Assembly: GCA_977017575.1 (NCBI GenBank)
Contig: CDRNVI010000174.1
Coordinates: forward strand, 1-37,183
Length of the DNA: 37,183 bases
Direction: 5' to 3'
DNA from: Paramoeba atlantica
Taxonomy: Eukaryota; Protista; Discosea
A program made the position numbers and the translations under genes. This document shows, piece by piece, positions 1 to 11,627 of this stretch (position 1 is the stretch's first letter; each line of letters begins with the position of its first letter). A model generated the notes under the pieces. The model was not told where the DNA came from, did no database searches, and worked only from the letters and a program-made list of their open reading frames with translations.

Positions 1-177
1 GCCCGCAAGCAAGTGCAACAAGGTTGTTTTGCCAGAACCAGAACTGCCAATAATGGCAACTTGCTCGCCTGCTTGTACTGTAAAATCAACGCCATCTAAC
101 ACGGCAATGCGTGTCGTTCCTTGCTTAAATTCACGCACTAAGCCAGTGCATTGCAATATCGGTTGTGTATTATTCAT
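1..177 (-). CDS. lolD: Lipoprotein-releasing ABC transporter ATP-binding subunit, N-terminal 59 codons only (runs off window start)
   Basis: Not in the ORF track. Minus-strand translation from ATG at 177: [59 protein letters not shown], with Walker A GSSGSGKT. Start overlaps the upstream stop by 8 nt (ATGAATAA), as in the lolC-lolD junction. Confidence 0.93.
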   Translation of the reverse strand, partial: MNNTQPILQCTGLVREFKQGTTRIAVLDGVDFTVQAGEQVAIIGSSGSGKTTLLHLLAG

Positions 178-1090
178 AACGCAATGCCTCTGCCGGTTGC
201 ACACGCGCAGCACAATACGCCGGGTATAATGTTGCTAACAAACTCATACCTAATGCAGCTAACCCAATCCGCACTACATCACCCACTTCAATTTGCGAGG
301 GTAAATAATCGATATAGTAGACGCTGGATGAAATTAGCTGTACATGTAACACTCGTTCAAGCAAGACAACGATCTCGGTAACATGTAATGACAAGGCAAT
401 CCCACCTAAAATTCCCAACAGTGTTCCCAGTAATCCAATAATACTGCCTTGCACGATAAAAATACCGACAATCGTGCGTGTGCGTGCACCTAATGTGCGT
501 AAAATGGCGATGTCAGCACGTTTATCAGTCACCACCATCACTAAACCAGCCACTAAATTAAACGCTGCAATCGCAACTAATAATAATAAAATTAATGTCA
601 TCATCGTTTTTTCTAAATGGATTGCTTGGAAAAACGCACCGTATTCACGCGACCAGTCCGACACGACAATATCTTGAGGTAAGAAGCGTAATAGTTGGCG
701 TGCGATCAACGGTGCTTGATATACATTATTCACTTTGACCCATAAGCCATTGACCGCGTTACCCGTTTTAAATAATGTTTGCGCATCCTGCAAATGCATA
801 AACGCCCATACCTTATCAAATCCAAAACCATTGCCCGCATGAAATAAACCAACAACAGTAAAACGTTTTGAACGCAGCAATAAACCCGCTGGGGTTAGGC
901 TTGGATCAGCCGTCACTAGGGTGACTTTATCTCCTAAATATACCCCTAAACTGTTTGCCAGATCACTGCCTAATATGATCCCATAGCCACCTGGGATCAG
1001 TTTGGTTAAGCTACCTGCAATCATTTTTTTATGTAATTGCGATAACTGTTGCTCTTGCTGTGGTAACACACCCATCGCTAACACTGGGTA
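170..1090 (-). CDS. lolC: Lipoprotein-releasing ABC transporter permease (LolC/LolE/LolF family), missing its N-terminal part
   Basis: 304-aa ORF with periplasmic motifs ([20 protein letters not shown]; FTVVGLF), TM segments after [33 protein letters not shown], and C-terminus QPAEALRYE typical of LolC. No introns, bacterial codon use. 5' end is cut at the junction with eukaryotic DNA at ~1088-1092. A single LolF-type permease cannot be excluded. Confidence 0.9.
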   Translation of the reverse strand, partial: YPVLAMGVLPQQEQQLSQLHKKMIAGSLTKLIPGGYGIILGSDLANSLGVYLGDKVTLVTADPSLTPAGLLLRSKRFTVVGLFHAGNGFGFDKVWAFMHLQDAQTLFKTGNAVNGLWVKVNNVYQAPLIARQLLRFLPQDIVVSDWSREYGAFFQAIHLEKTMMTLILLLLVAIAAFNLVAGLVMVVTDKRADIAILRTLGARTRTIVGIFIVQGSIIGLLGTLLGILGGIALSLHVTEIVVLLERVLHVQLISSSVYYIDYLPSQIEVGDVVRIGLAALGMSLLATLYPAYCAARVQPAEALRYE

Positions 1091-1238
1091 GAGAGAGAGA
1101 GAAAAGGAACAGAGAGATTTTTAATGCTTTTCTTTAGTTTCTTTTCTTTTCTCTTATCTGTTCTCTATTCTCTCTCTGTCCTCAAAATATTTCCCTCTTT
1201 CTTTCTGTTCTCTCTCTTCTCTTGAGAAAAAAATAAAC

Positions 1239-3405
1239 TTGGGCAGAAACATCTCCCGCGTAGGCAGAAAATCGATAAAATTGAGCAACCTCCTTTTATG
1301 AAGAAGAGAGAGAGAGAGAGAGAGAAAGAGAGGAGAATGTCAAGGAAAAAGAAAAGAAGAAAAATGAAAAAAGGGAGAAACCTCTTCTTCTTCCATCAGA
1401 TCATGACTATCAGATTGGAGATGGACGTTCTCTTTGATAACTATTGGAGAATTTAGAAAAAAAAGAAAAAGATTTACTATTTTAAGAAATAAAAAAAAGA
1501 AGATAATAAGATAAAAAGATAAAAAGATAAAAAGAAGAGAAAAAAGAATAAAAAAACCTTTAATTCCAGAATTTTCAAGATATTCAATATCTCTTTTTGC
1601 AGACAAATATAACAAAGGAGCAGCTGAAGGACATTTTTGGGGCATATTTATACCTGTTTTTCGATTAAATTATGAAAAATTATTTGAGAAAAATTTAAAA
1701 ATAAATATAATTTAATATTAAGTGAAAAAAGAAGAGATTTTTTTCAAAAGAAGGAAAAAAAAGAGAAAGAAAACCTTTCCAAAGTTTGAATCCCAAAATT
1801 CGGGTAGCCATCATACTCCCAGCAGCGAAAGCAACTCGGAGATGGAGAATACTATTTTATTTTATTATTTTTTTCAGTCTCTCAGAGGAAACAAAAGAAA
1901 AGAAAGAAAAGAAAGAAAGAAGAAAAGACAGAAAAGAAAAATAAAATAAAAAGAAAATAAAGAAAAAAAAATAATAAATAAAAAACCTTTTTGCTTGATC
2001 CACAGAAGTACCATGACCAAGAGCATAAAGAATCCCCAATCGACAATGAATATCTCCATTTCCAGTCTCTTCTGTTCCTATTAAAAGAGTAAGAGAGAGA
2101 GAAAAGAAAGAAAGAAAGAGAGGAAGGAGAAGAAGAAAGAAAAAGAAAAAGAAAAAAAGAAAAAAAAAAGAAAAAGAAAAAGAAAAAGAAAAAGGAAAAG
2201 AAAAAAAAAAGAAACCTTTTTTATAAATTTCAAAAGCAGCAGAATAATTTCGAGGAGAATAATAAGTTCCTTCCATCAACATATCACCATAAACTCGATA
2301 ACTTATTGCTTCTTTTTCTGACATTCCTTAAAAAAAAAATGATTTAATAAATTTGATTTGTATTTAGTATGATTTTATATTATTTAATTATTTTAAGAGA
2401 ATTGTATCAACAAAACATCATTAACATAACATATTGCTTTGAAAGATTTTTCAATGATTATTTTATATTCAGATTAATTATTTTCTTGAACAATACTGAA
2501 TTCATAACAATTCACAAATGAAGAAATTAAATGGGACATTTGAATAAAAATGAAATAAAAACGAATTGAAAAAAAGAACCTTGATGAATAAGTTTCATTA
2601 AATCATTAAAAGATTCTTCACTTTGTTGCACTTGATAATAAACAACTGCTTCTTCCACTTTTAATTCAAAATCTGGAAAGTAGAAAAATTGAGAGAATGA
2701 GAAAGAGATAAAAGAGAAAGAGAAAAAAATGAAAGAGAAAAAGAGAGAAAAAGAGTTTTCGAACCGCTTTTTTCTTTCGATTTTGAGACCGTTTCTTTCT
2801 CTTTCGCAGTCACTTCTTCTCTCACTTCCTCTCCTTCTCTCTCTCCTTCTCTCTCTCCTTCTCTCTGAATTTCTTCTTTTTCTTTTTCTTGAATTTCTGT
2901 CTCTTTCTCAACACTTTCTTCTCTTTCTTTCTCGACTTGGAGACCTAAAAAAAAGATTAGAAAAAAGATCAGAAAATTAAGAGAAAGAGGGAGAAAGAAA
3001 AAAAAACCTTTCTTGACTGGTTGAAAAGAACTTTTCCCAGATTCAAGAGAAGAAGAAGAAGTAGTAGTAGGAGGAGAAGGAGGAGAAGGAGAGAGAGACA
3101 AAGGGAGAGCTGCTTTTGGATTTGGATTTGGTTTGATTTTGTTTTGTAGAATTCTCTTTTGGACTGAAATTGGGACAAATGTTTCACTTTTGAATTTTTC
3201 CAGTTCCACTATTTTTCTTTTTTGAGAAAAAACGTTTCTTTTTCTTTCTTCTTTCTTTTCTTTCTTCTTCTCCTCTCTTCTCCTCTCTTCTTTTTCTTTT
3301 CTCTCATAAACCTCTCGTAAAAGGTTGTTCTTCCGGATACATATCGAAGCCTTCAAGCGCCAAAGGAAGAAAGAAGAAAGTAACAACAACAAAGAGAACT
3401 TTCAT
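1239..3405 (-). CDS. SEL1L/Hrd3-like Sel1-repeat ERAD protein, multi-exon, 3'-truncated at the bacterial junction
   Basis: ATG at 3405 with signal peptide MKVLFVVVTFFFLPLALEG. Phase-consistent GT-AG exons give ...YGDMLMEGTYYSPRNYSAAFEIYKK / GNGDIHCRLGILYALGHGTSVDQAK / SILHLRVAFAAGSMMATRILGFKLWK / GINMPQKCPSAAPLLYLSAK.. / VIKENVHLQSDSHDLMEEEE / VAQFYRFSAYAGDVSAQ. This parallels SEL1L (..LGYRY.AGIGV.QSCESA..; ..IQYYQFLAEKGDVQAQ). Some upstream exon limits are uncertain. Confidence 0.8.
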
Positions 3406-3638
3406 TATTTGAGAAAGCAATTAGAAGAAAAAGAGAAGAGAGAGAGAATGAAAGAGAAAAAAGAAAGAGAGAAAAAAAAAACAAAAAAATTATTTTGGGT
3501 GTGTTTTTCGTACAAAATAAAAACTGAAAAAGTTGATTTCGAACACGTGTTTTCGCCGATCTTTTTTGCTTTGTGAAAAGGGAAAAAATCCTCTTCTCTC
3601 CTCTCCTCTCTCCTCTTTTCTCCTCTTCCCCTCATTTA

Positions 3639-4357
3639 TCACTCTTTCTTCGCTGGTTTTAATCCGCAAGGAGAATGAGAGGAGAGAGTGACAGACCATC
3701 CTGCTGTCAGAACACAACATGGGTAAAAAAATGGTTCATCATCGTGATTTCCCTCTTCTTTCACTGTTTCTTTTCCGTCAGTCTCGAGCTCCAGGACATA
3801 AGAAGTCGGAGTTGGTCGAGAAAAGGTAATTCCTAATTCTTGCTCCTCTCTGTTCTGGGAAATAGTTTTGTGTTTGAAGCCAACTTTTTCAAACAAAACA
3901 CCACAACGCCAACTCTTCTCTGGATTTTTCTGCCCCAAAGCAAAGAATCAAACAAACAATTGTTAAAAATCAAAAAAAAAGAAAAATTCAAACATTTTGG
4001 CTCCGAAATTGAAGAGACCAATCCAAAGTTTCGCCAACCCTGATTCCCTGACTTGCCCGAAGCAGCCCAGTCCCAGTAGCCACTGCAGTCTTTTTATCTT
4101 CTGTTAAAGTTATTCCTCCAAGAATTGGAATCCAAACGATATCCTCTTCCTTTTGAGAGATTGTTTTTAATGTGAGCTCGTCTTATTCAAGAAGGAAAGA
4201 AAGGAAAGAAAAAGAGAAAACGAACCATCAGAGGCACAAGCACGAAACGAACAAACTTTTCAAAAAATAAAATAATTCAGCGAAAATCAGTTTGAAATAA
4301 TTATTTGTGTTTTCTGTGTTTATTTTTTTTTCAAAATTAAAATCAACCTTTGGCCAT
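3639..4357 (-). CDS. Small 4-exon protein (~170 aa), possibly B30.2/SPRY-like beta-sandwich
   Basis: Phase-consistent splicing gives MAK/VCSFRACASD/DELTLK...GITLTEDKKTAVATGTGLLRASQGIRVGETLDWSLQFRSQN/KNPEKSWRCGVLF...FFYPCCVLTAGWSVTL..KPAKKE*. 'ITLTEDKKTA', 'WRCGV' and 'FYPCCVL' resemble SPRY motifs. The domain call is pattern recognition only. Confidence 0.55.
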
Positions 4358-4652
4358 GTCAAAAAAATTCTTTTGACTCTCTTTCCATTTTTTTCAAAAA
4401 TTTTGAAAGTTCCTTGGTCCTGAAAAAAAAGCGACAATCGCTAAGGTGGAATGGGACTCGAAAGTTCACACCCCATATCGGGAAAAAGATGACATCAGCC
4501 GTGTGACGAAAATCGATTTCCTGACGTGGCACCGAGTGATTGGTTAATCTCACCTTATCTTTCAAAAATTAAATGGACCCTAAAGTGGGGAAAGGCGTGC
4601 CGATGATGTGCAACCCTGGGAGGAACGTTCAGTTTTCTTGTTTCTTGTAAAA
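4358..4652. promoter_or_regulatory. Probable bidirectional promoter between head-to-head genes
   Basis: 295 bp between divergent ATGs (4357 minus, 4653 plus). Locally rich in CpG. Contains TGACGTGG and a reverse CCAAT (GATTGG) near 4522-4542; function of these motifs is inferred. Confidence 0.45.
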
Positions 4653-7600
4653 ATGGAGTCTATTTTGGTGATTTTGGTGATTTTTTCGATGTGTGATGTT
4701 GTGTTGAATGAGGAAATTTTTCCTTATTGTGTTGATGAGACTGGGAATGCAAGTTTGTTATTTCATTTATTTCGATTTTTGTTGTTGGAAGTGTAATATT
4801 TTTTCTGCAGGAAGGAGTGCGGAGGTTGAAAATTTTCAAGGGAAAATGAGAAGAAGAGAAAACCTTCTTTCAAATTCGGTGGAAATTCTAGATGGTTGGT
4901 TGTTTCTATTTTTCACATTTTATTTCTTCCTGATTCATGTATTCAATTTTCATTTTTGAAAAGGTGATTTCAATTCAGCTAGTGTTTCGTTCACATCTGA
5001 AGAGCTGAACGATATTGGTTTGACTTTCTCAATCTTTTTTCTTCTCTTCTTTTGTCCATTTTTTTCTCATCACCATTTTGCAATTATTTAGGATATGAGC
5101 AGAAAACAGTTTCTGGTTTGATAATTTTAATTTCAAATCTTCTTCTTTCTCAAATTGAAAAATTGCAAATCTGCAGGAGCGTTCAAAATTGGAATCGCCA
5201 GAGAAACATCTATCCCATTTTCAAGAGAATCAGGTTCCTTTTTTTTTTTGTAAACAAACCTCCTTTCCCAAAAAGAAAAACATCTGAAAAAGAGAGAAAA
5301 AATAGGGATGGCAAAAGTTGAATGTCCCGATACAACAACTTCAATGCGATTGAAGTTGGAGGGTCCTTTGTCTTCTTCTCTTCGCTTTTGGGTGATGAGT
5401 TTTCTTCATGGTTTGTGTTACTATTTTTTTTTCCAAGAGATTTTTTTTTTTTTTTGTTCTCCTTTTTCTGAAATCTTGGGCGTAGATGGTCAAGAAGAGA
5501 TTTTTGGGCCTTTTTATGGTGATTCACTCCTCTCAAAAGACGGATATCTTCGCTCTGTTCCTGGTACTTTTTTCCCCCTCTCTTTCTATTCTTTCCTTTT
5601 CTTTTGTTTTCTTCTCTTTCTTTTTGTACTTACTTGAGGCACCTTAAGGAAACAAGGCGGTTGTTCAAGTCGAAATAAATGAAAACGAGATGGAACCATC
5701 TCGAGTGGCTTCAATTCTTGAAAATGAATTGGAAATTGTCTCTGTTTCTTGTCGATTTCCGAACCCAAGTCTTGTCGAAAAGATTGCTCAAGTTGAGAGA
5801 AGAGGATGGAATCAGGGAGGAGGGGGAGGAAATCAAGAAGGAAAGAGAGATGGGGAAGAGGGAGAAAGTGAAGAAAGAAAAAGAACCGTTGATGCGGAGG
5901 GGTTTTGTGATTGGAACGAAGAATGCACAATTAACGCGGAGTGTTTTTCTGATGCGGACCTTCCTTTTGATCGAACGATTCCTGAATTTGCTGTTGCTCA
6001 AATGGTTCTTTTTTCCTCTTTCTTTGTTCTTTTCTTTCTTGTTTTTTTCTTCTTTTTTTCCCTCGTTGAGTTTTCCCTTTTGTTGGCTGGAACACAAAAA
6101 GAGGGTTTGACTTTATTTGGTAATTTCCCTTTCTCTTTATTTTCAAATTGTTTTTGTTTTTGTGGTTTTGAAAAAATGAGGTTTTTTCTTTGATTTATTT
6201 TCTTTTTTTTTTCTCTCTTTCTTTTTCTCAAATTTCTCAATTCTTTCTTTCTTTGTTAGTTGTATGAACGGAGAACAGGATCATATATTTGTACTGGGAG
6301 TTTAATTGGCGGAGTGAACTGTATTTTTCTTTCTTTTTCTTTTCTTTTTTTCAATGCTCTGACCTTTCTTTTTCTTTTTCTTTTTCTTTTTCTTTTTCTT
6401 TTCTTTCTCAGCAAGCCCAAATTCGCGTCTCTTTATTACTGCAAATCATTGCCTGAATACACAGGTTCCTTTCTTTTCTTACTCTTTCTTTCTCTTTCTC
6501 TTTCTCTTTCTCTTTGCTTTTTTGGTTTTGATTTTTTTTTCAATAGGCTGAAGCAAATTCTCTTGAACTTCATTTTAATTATAGTGTTGAATGCTCTGGT
6601 TTCTTTCTTTCTCTTTTCTCTCTTTCTTTTTATTGTGTCTTCTGTTCTTTTTGCCCTCTCTTTGCTAACTCATTTTTTTTTTCATTCATGATTCGAAAAA
6701 ACAGCATCATGTTATCCAGTTTGTTTTTCTTTTTTTTCTCTTTCTTGTCTCTTTGGTTCTTATCTCTCCTCTCCTCTCTCCTTTCTCTCTCTCTTTTAGA
6801 CACAGGGTGACCTTTATAAACCATTTAATGATCCTTATGCAATGTATGTGGCTGGTGCTGACATCTTGGTTTTTCTTTCTCTTCCCTTTTTCTTAATTTC
6901 CTTTTCTTTTTTCTCACCCTCTTTTTCTTTTCTGTTAAAATTCAGGCAACTGGATCTTATGCTGATTATACATTGATGAAACTTGATGTCCAGATTTTCT
7001 TCTTTTCTCTTCTCTTCTCTTTTCTCTTCTCTTCTCTTCTCTTCTCTTTTCTTTTCTTTTCTTCTCTTCTCAACTCATCTCCTCTCCTCTTCTTTTCTTC
7101 CCTCCTAACATCAAAAAAATAGGACCTCCCTCCAAAGAGATGTTATTTTGGATGGACAACTAATACCCAATATTCTTACCATTACTCTGAAGTAGTCTAT
7201 CGTTATTCCCATCCACGTGGATCTCCAAGGGTTTGTATTTTTTGGTTTATTTCTCTCTTTTTTTCTTTTGAGAATTATTTTCATTTTCTCTTTTGATTAG
7301 GTGTTTACAAATCAGACAATTGAGAGATATCCAAACTATTATTGTGGTTCTCTTCCTCACCCTCGATTTATTTATAGTCGCCAAAGGAGGACTGTGAAGG
7401 GGCTTTCAACAATGGGTGTGTGTTTTTTTCTCTTTCTTTTTTCTTTTGGAGGAAGAATAACAATTTTTAATTGATTTTTTTCAAAAAAATAGATGGTGGA
7501 AGCTCAGGATCAGGTGTGTTTAATGTCCATTGTCAATTAGTTGGGACACTTTATGGATATTGCTATTCTGGTTCTGCGGACCTTTGTGATTTTAATGATT

Positions 7601-10600
7601 ATAGCCAAATTGGTTTGGTATTTCTTAATATTCTTATTCTTCTTTTTCTCATTTGTTTTTTCAGATGGTTCATTTTATCATGCATTTGATGATGGTGATT
7701 TTGATGATCATGTCGATACTCCCTCCCCAACACCAACACCAACACCAACTCCAACACCAACTCCAACGCCCTCTCCAACTCCAACACCAACACCTTCACC
7801 AACTCCAACCCCAACACCCTCTCCAACTCCAACTCCAACACCTTCACCAACTCCAACACCAACACCAACACCAACTCCAACCCCAACACCCTCTCCAACT
7901 CCAACACCCACCCCAACACCCACTCCAACACCCACTCCAACACCTTCTCCCAGCCCATCTCCTTCTCCTTCCTCTTCTCCCTCCCCTTCTCCCTCCCCTT
8001 CCCCCTCTCCCTCTTCTTCTCCCTCTCCCTCTTCTTCCCCATCTCCTTTTCCATCTCCCTCCCCTTCTCCATCATTTTCTCCCTCTCCCTCTCCCTCATC
8101 CTCTCCCTCCCCTTCTCCCTCTGTTTCTCCATCCCCTTCTCCATCTTCTTCTCCTTCTCCCTCTCCCTCTCCCTCTCCTTCCTCATCTCCCTCTCCTTTC
8201 CCATCCCCTTCTTCTTCCCCATCTCCGTCTCCGTCTCTTTCTCCCTCACCCTCATCTTCTCCATCTCCATCTCCATCTCCTTCTTTTTCTCCCTCTCCTT
8301 CCCCCTCATCCTCTCCATCCCCTTCCCCTTCCCCTTCTCTCTCTCCTTCTCCTTCCCCCTCCCCATCTTCTTCTCCTTCTCCTTCTCCTTCTCCTTCTCC
8401 CTCTTCATCTCCCTCTCCCTCTCCCTCCCCTTCCCCCTCCCCTTCCCCTTCATCCTCTCCCTCTCCCTCTCCTTCCCCTTCTCACTCATCATCTCCTTCC
8501 CTTCCCCTTCTCCCTCTTCATCTCCCTCTCCCTCTCCCTCCTTTTCTCCCTCTCCCTCTCCCTCCTTCTCTTCCTCCCCTTCTCCCTCCCCTTCTCCCTC
8601 CCCTTCTCCTTCATCATCTCCTTCCCCTTCCCCTTCTCCTTCTCCTCATCATCTCCTTCCCCTTCCCCCTCCCCATCTTCCTCTCCTTCTCCCTCTCCCT
8701 CTCCCTCATCCTCCCCTTCCCCTTCCCCCTCCCCATCTTCCTCTCCTTCTCCTTCTCCTTCCCCATCTTCCTCTCCTTCTCCTTCCCCCTCCCCATCTTC
8801 CTCCCCTTCCCCTTCCCCCTCCCCATCTTCTTCTCCTTCTCCCTCTCCTTCTCCATCTTCCTCTCCTTCTCCTTCTCCTTCCCCATCTTCCTCTCCTTCT
8901 CCTTCCCCCTCCCCATCTTCCTCTCCTTCTCCTTCCCCTTCTCCATCTTCCTCTCCTTCCCCTTCCCCCTCCCCATCTTCCTCTCCTTCCCCTTCTCCCT
9001 CTCCATCTTCCTCTCCTTCTCCTTCTCCTTCTCCATCTTCCTCTCCTTCTCCTTCTCCTTCTCCATCTTCCTCTCCTTCCCCCTCTCCCTCTCCCTCATC
9101 CTCTCCTTCCCCCTCCCCCTCCCCATCTTCCTCTCCTTCTCCTTCTCCCTCCCCCTCATCCTCCCCTTCTCCCTCTCCCTCCCCATCTTCCTCTCCTTCC
9201 CCCTCTCCCTCTCCCTCATCCTCTCCTTCCCCCTCCCCCTCCCCATCTTCCTCTCCTTCTCCTTCTCCCTCCCCCTCATCCTCCCCTTCTCCCTCTCCCT
9301 CCCCATCTTCCTCTCCTTCCCCTTCCCCCTCCCCATCTTCCTCTCCTTCTCCTTCTCCTTCCCCATCTTCCTCTCCTTCTCCTTCCCCCTCCCCATCTTC
9401 CTCTCCTTCCCCTTCCCCCTCTCCATCTTCCTCTCCTTCCCCTTCTCCTTCTCCATCTTCCTCTCCTTCTCCCTCTCCCTCTCCCTCATCCTCTCCTTCC
9501 CCTCCCCCTCCCATCTTCCTCTCCTTCTCCTTCTCCCTCTCCCTCATCCTCCCCTTCCCCTTCCCCCTCCCCATCTTCCTCTCCTTCCCCCTCCCCATCT
9601 TCCTCTCCTTTCTCCTTCTCCTTCCCCATCTTCCTCTCCTTCTCCTTCCCCCTCCCCATCTTCCTCCCCTTCCCCTTCCCCCTCTCCCTCATCCTCTCCT
9701 TCCCCTTCTCCTTCTCCATCTTCCTCTCCTTCTCCTTCTCCCTCTCCATCTTCCTCTCCCTTCTCCTTCTCCTTCCCTCATCTTCCTCTCCTTCCCCTTC
9801 TCCTTCCCCCTCATCCTCTCCTTCCCCCTCCCCTCCCCATCTTCCTCTCCTTCTCCTTCTCCTTCTCCCTCATCCCCTTCCCCTTCCCCTCCCCTTCCTC
9901 TCCCCCTCTCCTTCTCCTTCTCCTTCATCCTCTCCCTCTCCTTCTCCTTCCCCTTCCCCTTCTCCCTCCCTCTCTCCCTCTCCTCTCTTCCCCTCCCTTC
10001 ATCCTCTCCTTCCCCTTCTCCCTCCCCTCATCCCTCCTCCATCTTCCTCTCCTTCTCCTTCCCTTCTTCTTCCCCTTCCCCCTCCCCCTCAACCTCTTTC
10101 CCCTTCCCCCTCCCCATCTCCTTCATCTTCCCCCTCCCCATCTCCTCATCCTCCCCTCCCCCTCTCCCCTCCCCATCTCCTTCATCCTCTCCCTCCCCAT
10201 CTCCTTCCCCTTCTCCCTCCCCATCTCCTTCATCCTCCCCCTCCCCATCTCCTTCCCCTTCTCCTTCTCCTTCCCCTTCATCCTCTCCCTCCCCTTCTCC
10301 TTCATCTTCTCCCACCCCTTCTCCCTCTCCTTCCCCTTCATCCTCTCCCTCCCCATCTCCTTCATCCTCTCCTTCCCCTTCTCCTTCATCCTCTCCATCC
10401 CCTTCTCCTTCATTCTCCCCTTCTCCCTCCCCTTCCCCCTCCCCCTCATCCTCTCCTTCTCCTTCTCCTTCCCCTTCTCCCTCTCCTTCATCCTCTCCCT
10501 CCCCTTCTCCTTCCCCTTCTCCCTCATCCTCTCCTTCCCCTTCCCCTTCTCCCTCATCCTCCCCTTCACCTTCCCTTTCTCCCTCCCCATCTCCTTCATC

Positions 10601-11192
10601 CTCTCCTTCCCCTTCCCCTTCCTTCTCTCCCTCTCCCTCTCCCTCTCCCTCATCCTCTCCATCCCCTTCTCCTTCTCCTTCTCCTTCTCCTTCTCCATCC
10701 CCTTTCCCTTCATCATCTTCCTCTCCCTCCCCTTCTCCTTCATCTTCTCCCTCTCCCTCTCCCTCTCCCTCTCCCTCTCCCTCACCTTCTCCCTCTCCCT
10801 CTCCATTTTTATCTTCTTCACCTTCACCTTCTCCCTCTCCCTCTCCCTCTCCCTCTCCTTCAACTCCAAAAACACTCTCATCTTCTCTTAGCTCTTCAGA
10901 AAAAGCTGGTGTTGTTCTTGGATCTTTTTCTCTTTTTACACTTTTACTTCTTTGTAGTTACTTCCTTTTGGCTGTAATATTAAGAAAAATGTATTCTAAA
11001 GATACTTTTTCAGTTTCACCTGAGCAAAATATTGAACAAGTTTTTTTTTCTTTCTTTTTTATGATAAAAGTTTTTTCTTTTAACACTTATTTATAGAATC
11101 TTGAAGCTATTGGTGTTAATCCATTACATCAACATATGAATCTTGCAAATGAAAATACTTTAAGTCCTGCAGATATTCATACTCTTCCTTAA
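4653..11192 (+). CDS. Membrane-anchored trypsin-fold (clan PA, S1) serine protease of lysyl-endopeptidase/Achromobacter protease I type with a very long Thr/Ser-Pro stalk; 19 exons
   Basis: Exons inferred: 4653-4752, 4811-4894, 4964-5017, 5092-5115, 5177-5233, 5306-5410, 5486-5563, 5649-6004, 6260-6320, 6412-6464, 6547-6598, 6705-6718, 6800-6868, 6946-6987, 7123-7230, 7301-7415, 7493-7612, 7665-11039, 11097-11192, all phase-consistent. Signal peptide [14 protein letters not shown]; propeptide; CTGSLI; catalytic His in FITANHC; Asp in [10 protein letters not shown]; GW..SHP; Ser in GGSSGSG; then the stalk, TM segment [27 protein letters not shown] and a short tail ending TAA. Frame slips occur only inside the repeat stalk. 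Confidence 0.85.
7721..10868 (+). repeat. Coding low-complexity tandem repeat: (TP)n then ([10 protein letters not shown])n, 30-bp period in the core
   Basis: Almost pure C/T on the plus strand. The 30-bp periodicity is visible as aligned columns at ~8700-9480. Contains several apparent indels. Confidence 0.95.
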
Positions 11193-11627
11193 AAATTCAA
11201 TGAAGTTTTTTTAAATAAAAATTATGTTCAAAACAAAACTAAGATGAAACTATATATTTGGAAGTGAGATTGAGTAAGCAATTATCTTTGCTTAAACACT
11301 TATTGGGATTAAAGCTATGACCTCTGTATCCCAGCTACTCAACTTTAAAAATAGTGGGAAACACAATTCAAAAAAAATTTATCAACTTCATGAGATTTGT
11401 TCAAAAAAATTTTACTCTCAAAAATCTAACAAATTCAATCAGAAATCTTTTTTTGTGAGTTGGTCAAAGCAAAAAAGAAGAGTTATACCCCTGGTACAAG
11501 AACAAAATGAAAACTTGGTGAGATGATATATATTGATAACCATGAAAAGAATACCCTTTCCAGAAGAATGAATTGTCTAAACAGAAGAATGAATTGTCTA
11601 GATGACTAAAATGGATTGAAACCTTTC

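Noticed and set aside
29-677. Plus-strand ORFs 29-229, 151-381 and 474-677
   Set aside because: Antisense shadows of lolD and lolC.
1078-1239. Spliced SEL1L-LolC fusion protein using the CAG at the junction
   Set aside because: Phase-0 splicing from ...SAQ into position 1083 reads TGT TAG (Cys-stop), out of frame with LolC.
6800-6812. Premature TGA in the protease (possible pseudogene or selenocysteine)
   Set aside because: It disappears once the 14-nt micro-exon 6705-6718 is included.
7541-11096. 1116-aa and 1147-aa plus-strand ORFs and the GE/RE-rich minus-strand ORFs (7599-10881)
   Set aside because: They are alternative frames and antisense shadows of the C/T-only Ser-Pro repeat, which cannot form stops easily. 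Only the SP-reading segments belong to the real gene.
11541-11603. 22-bp tandem duplication CAGAAGAATGAATTGTCTA(A/G)A just before the first TIR end
   Set aside because: Two copies only, not flanking an element, so not a TSD. Probably simple slippage.
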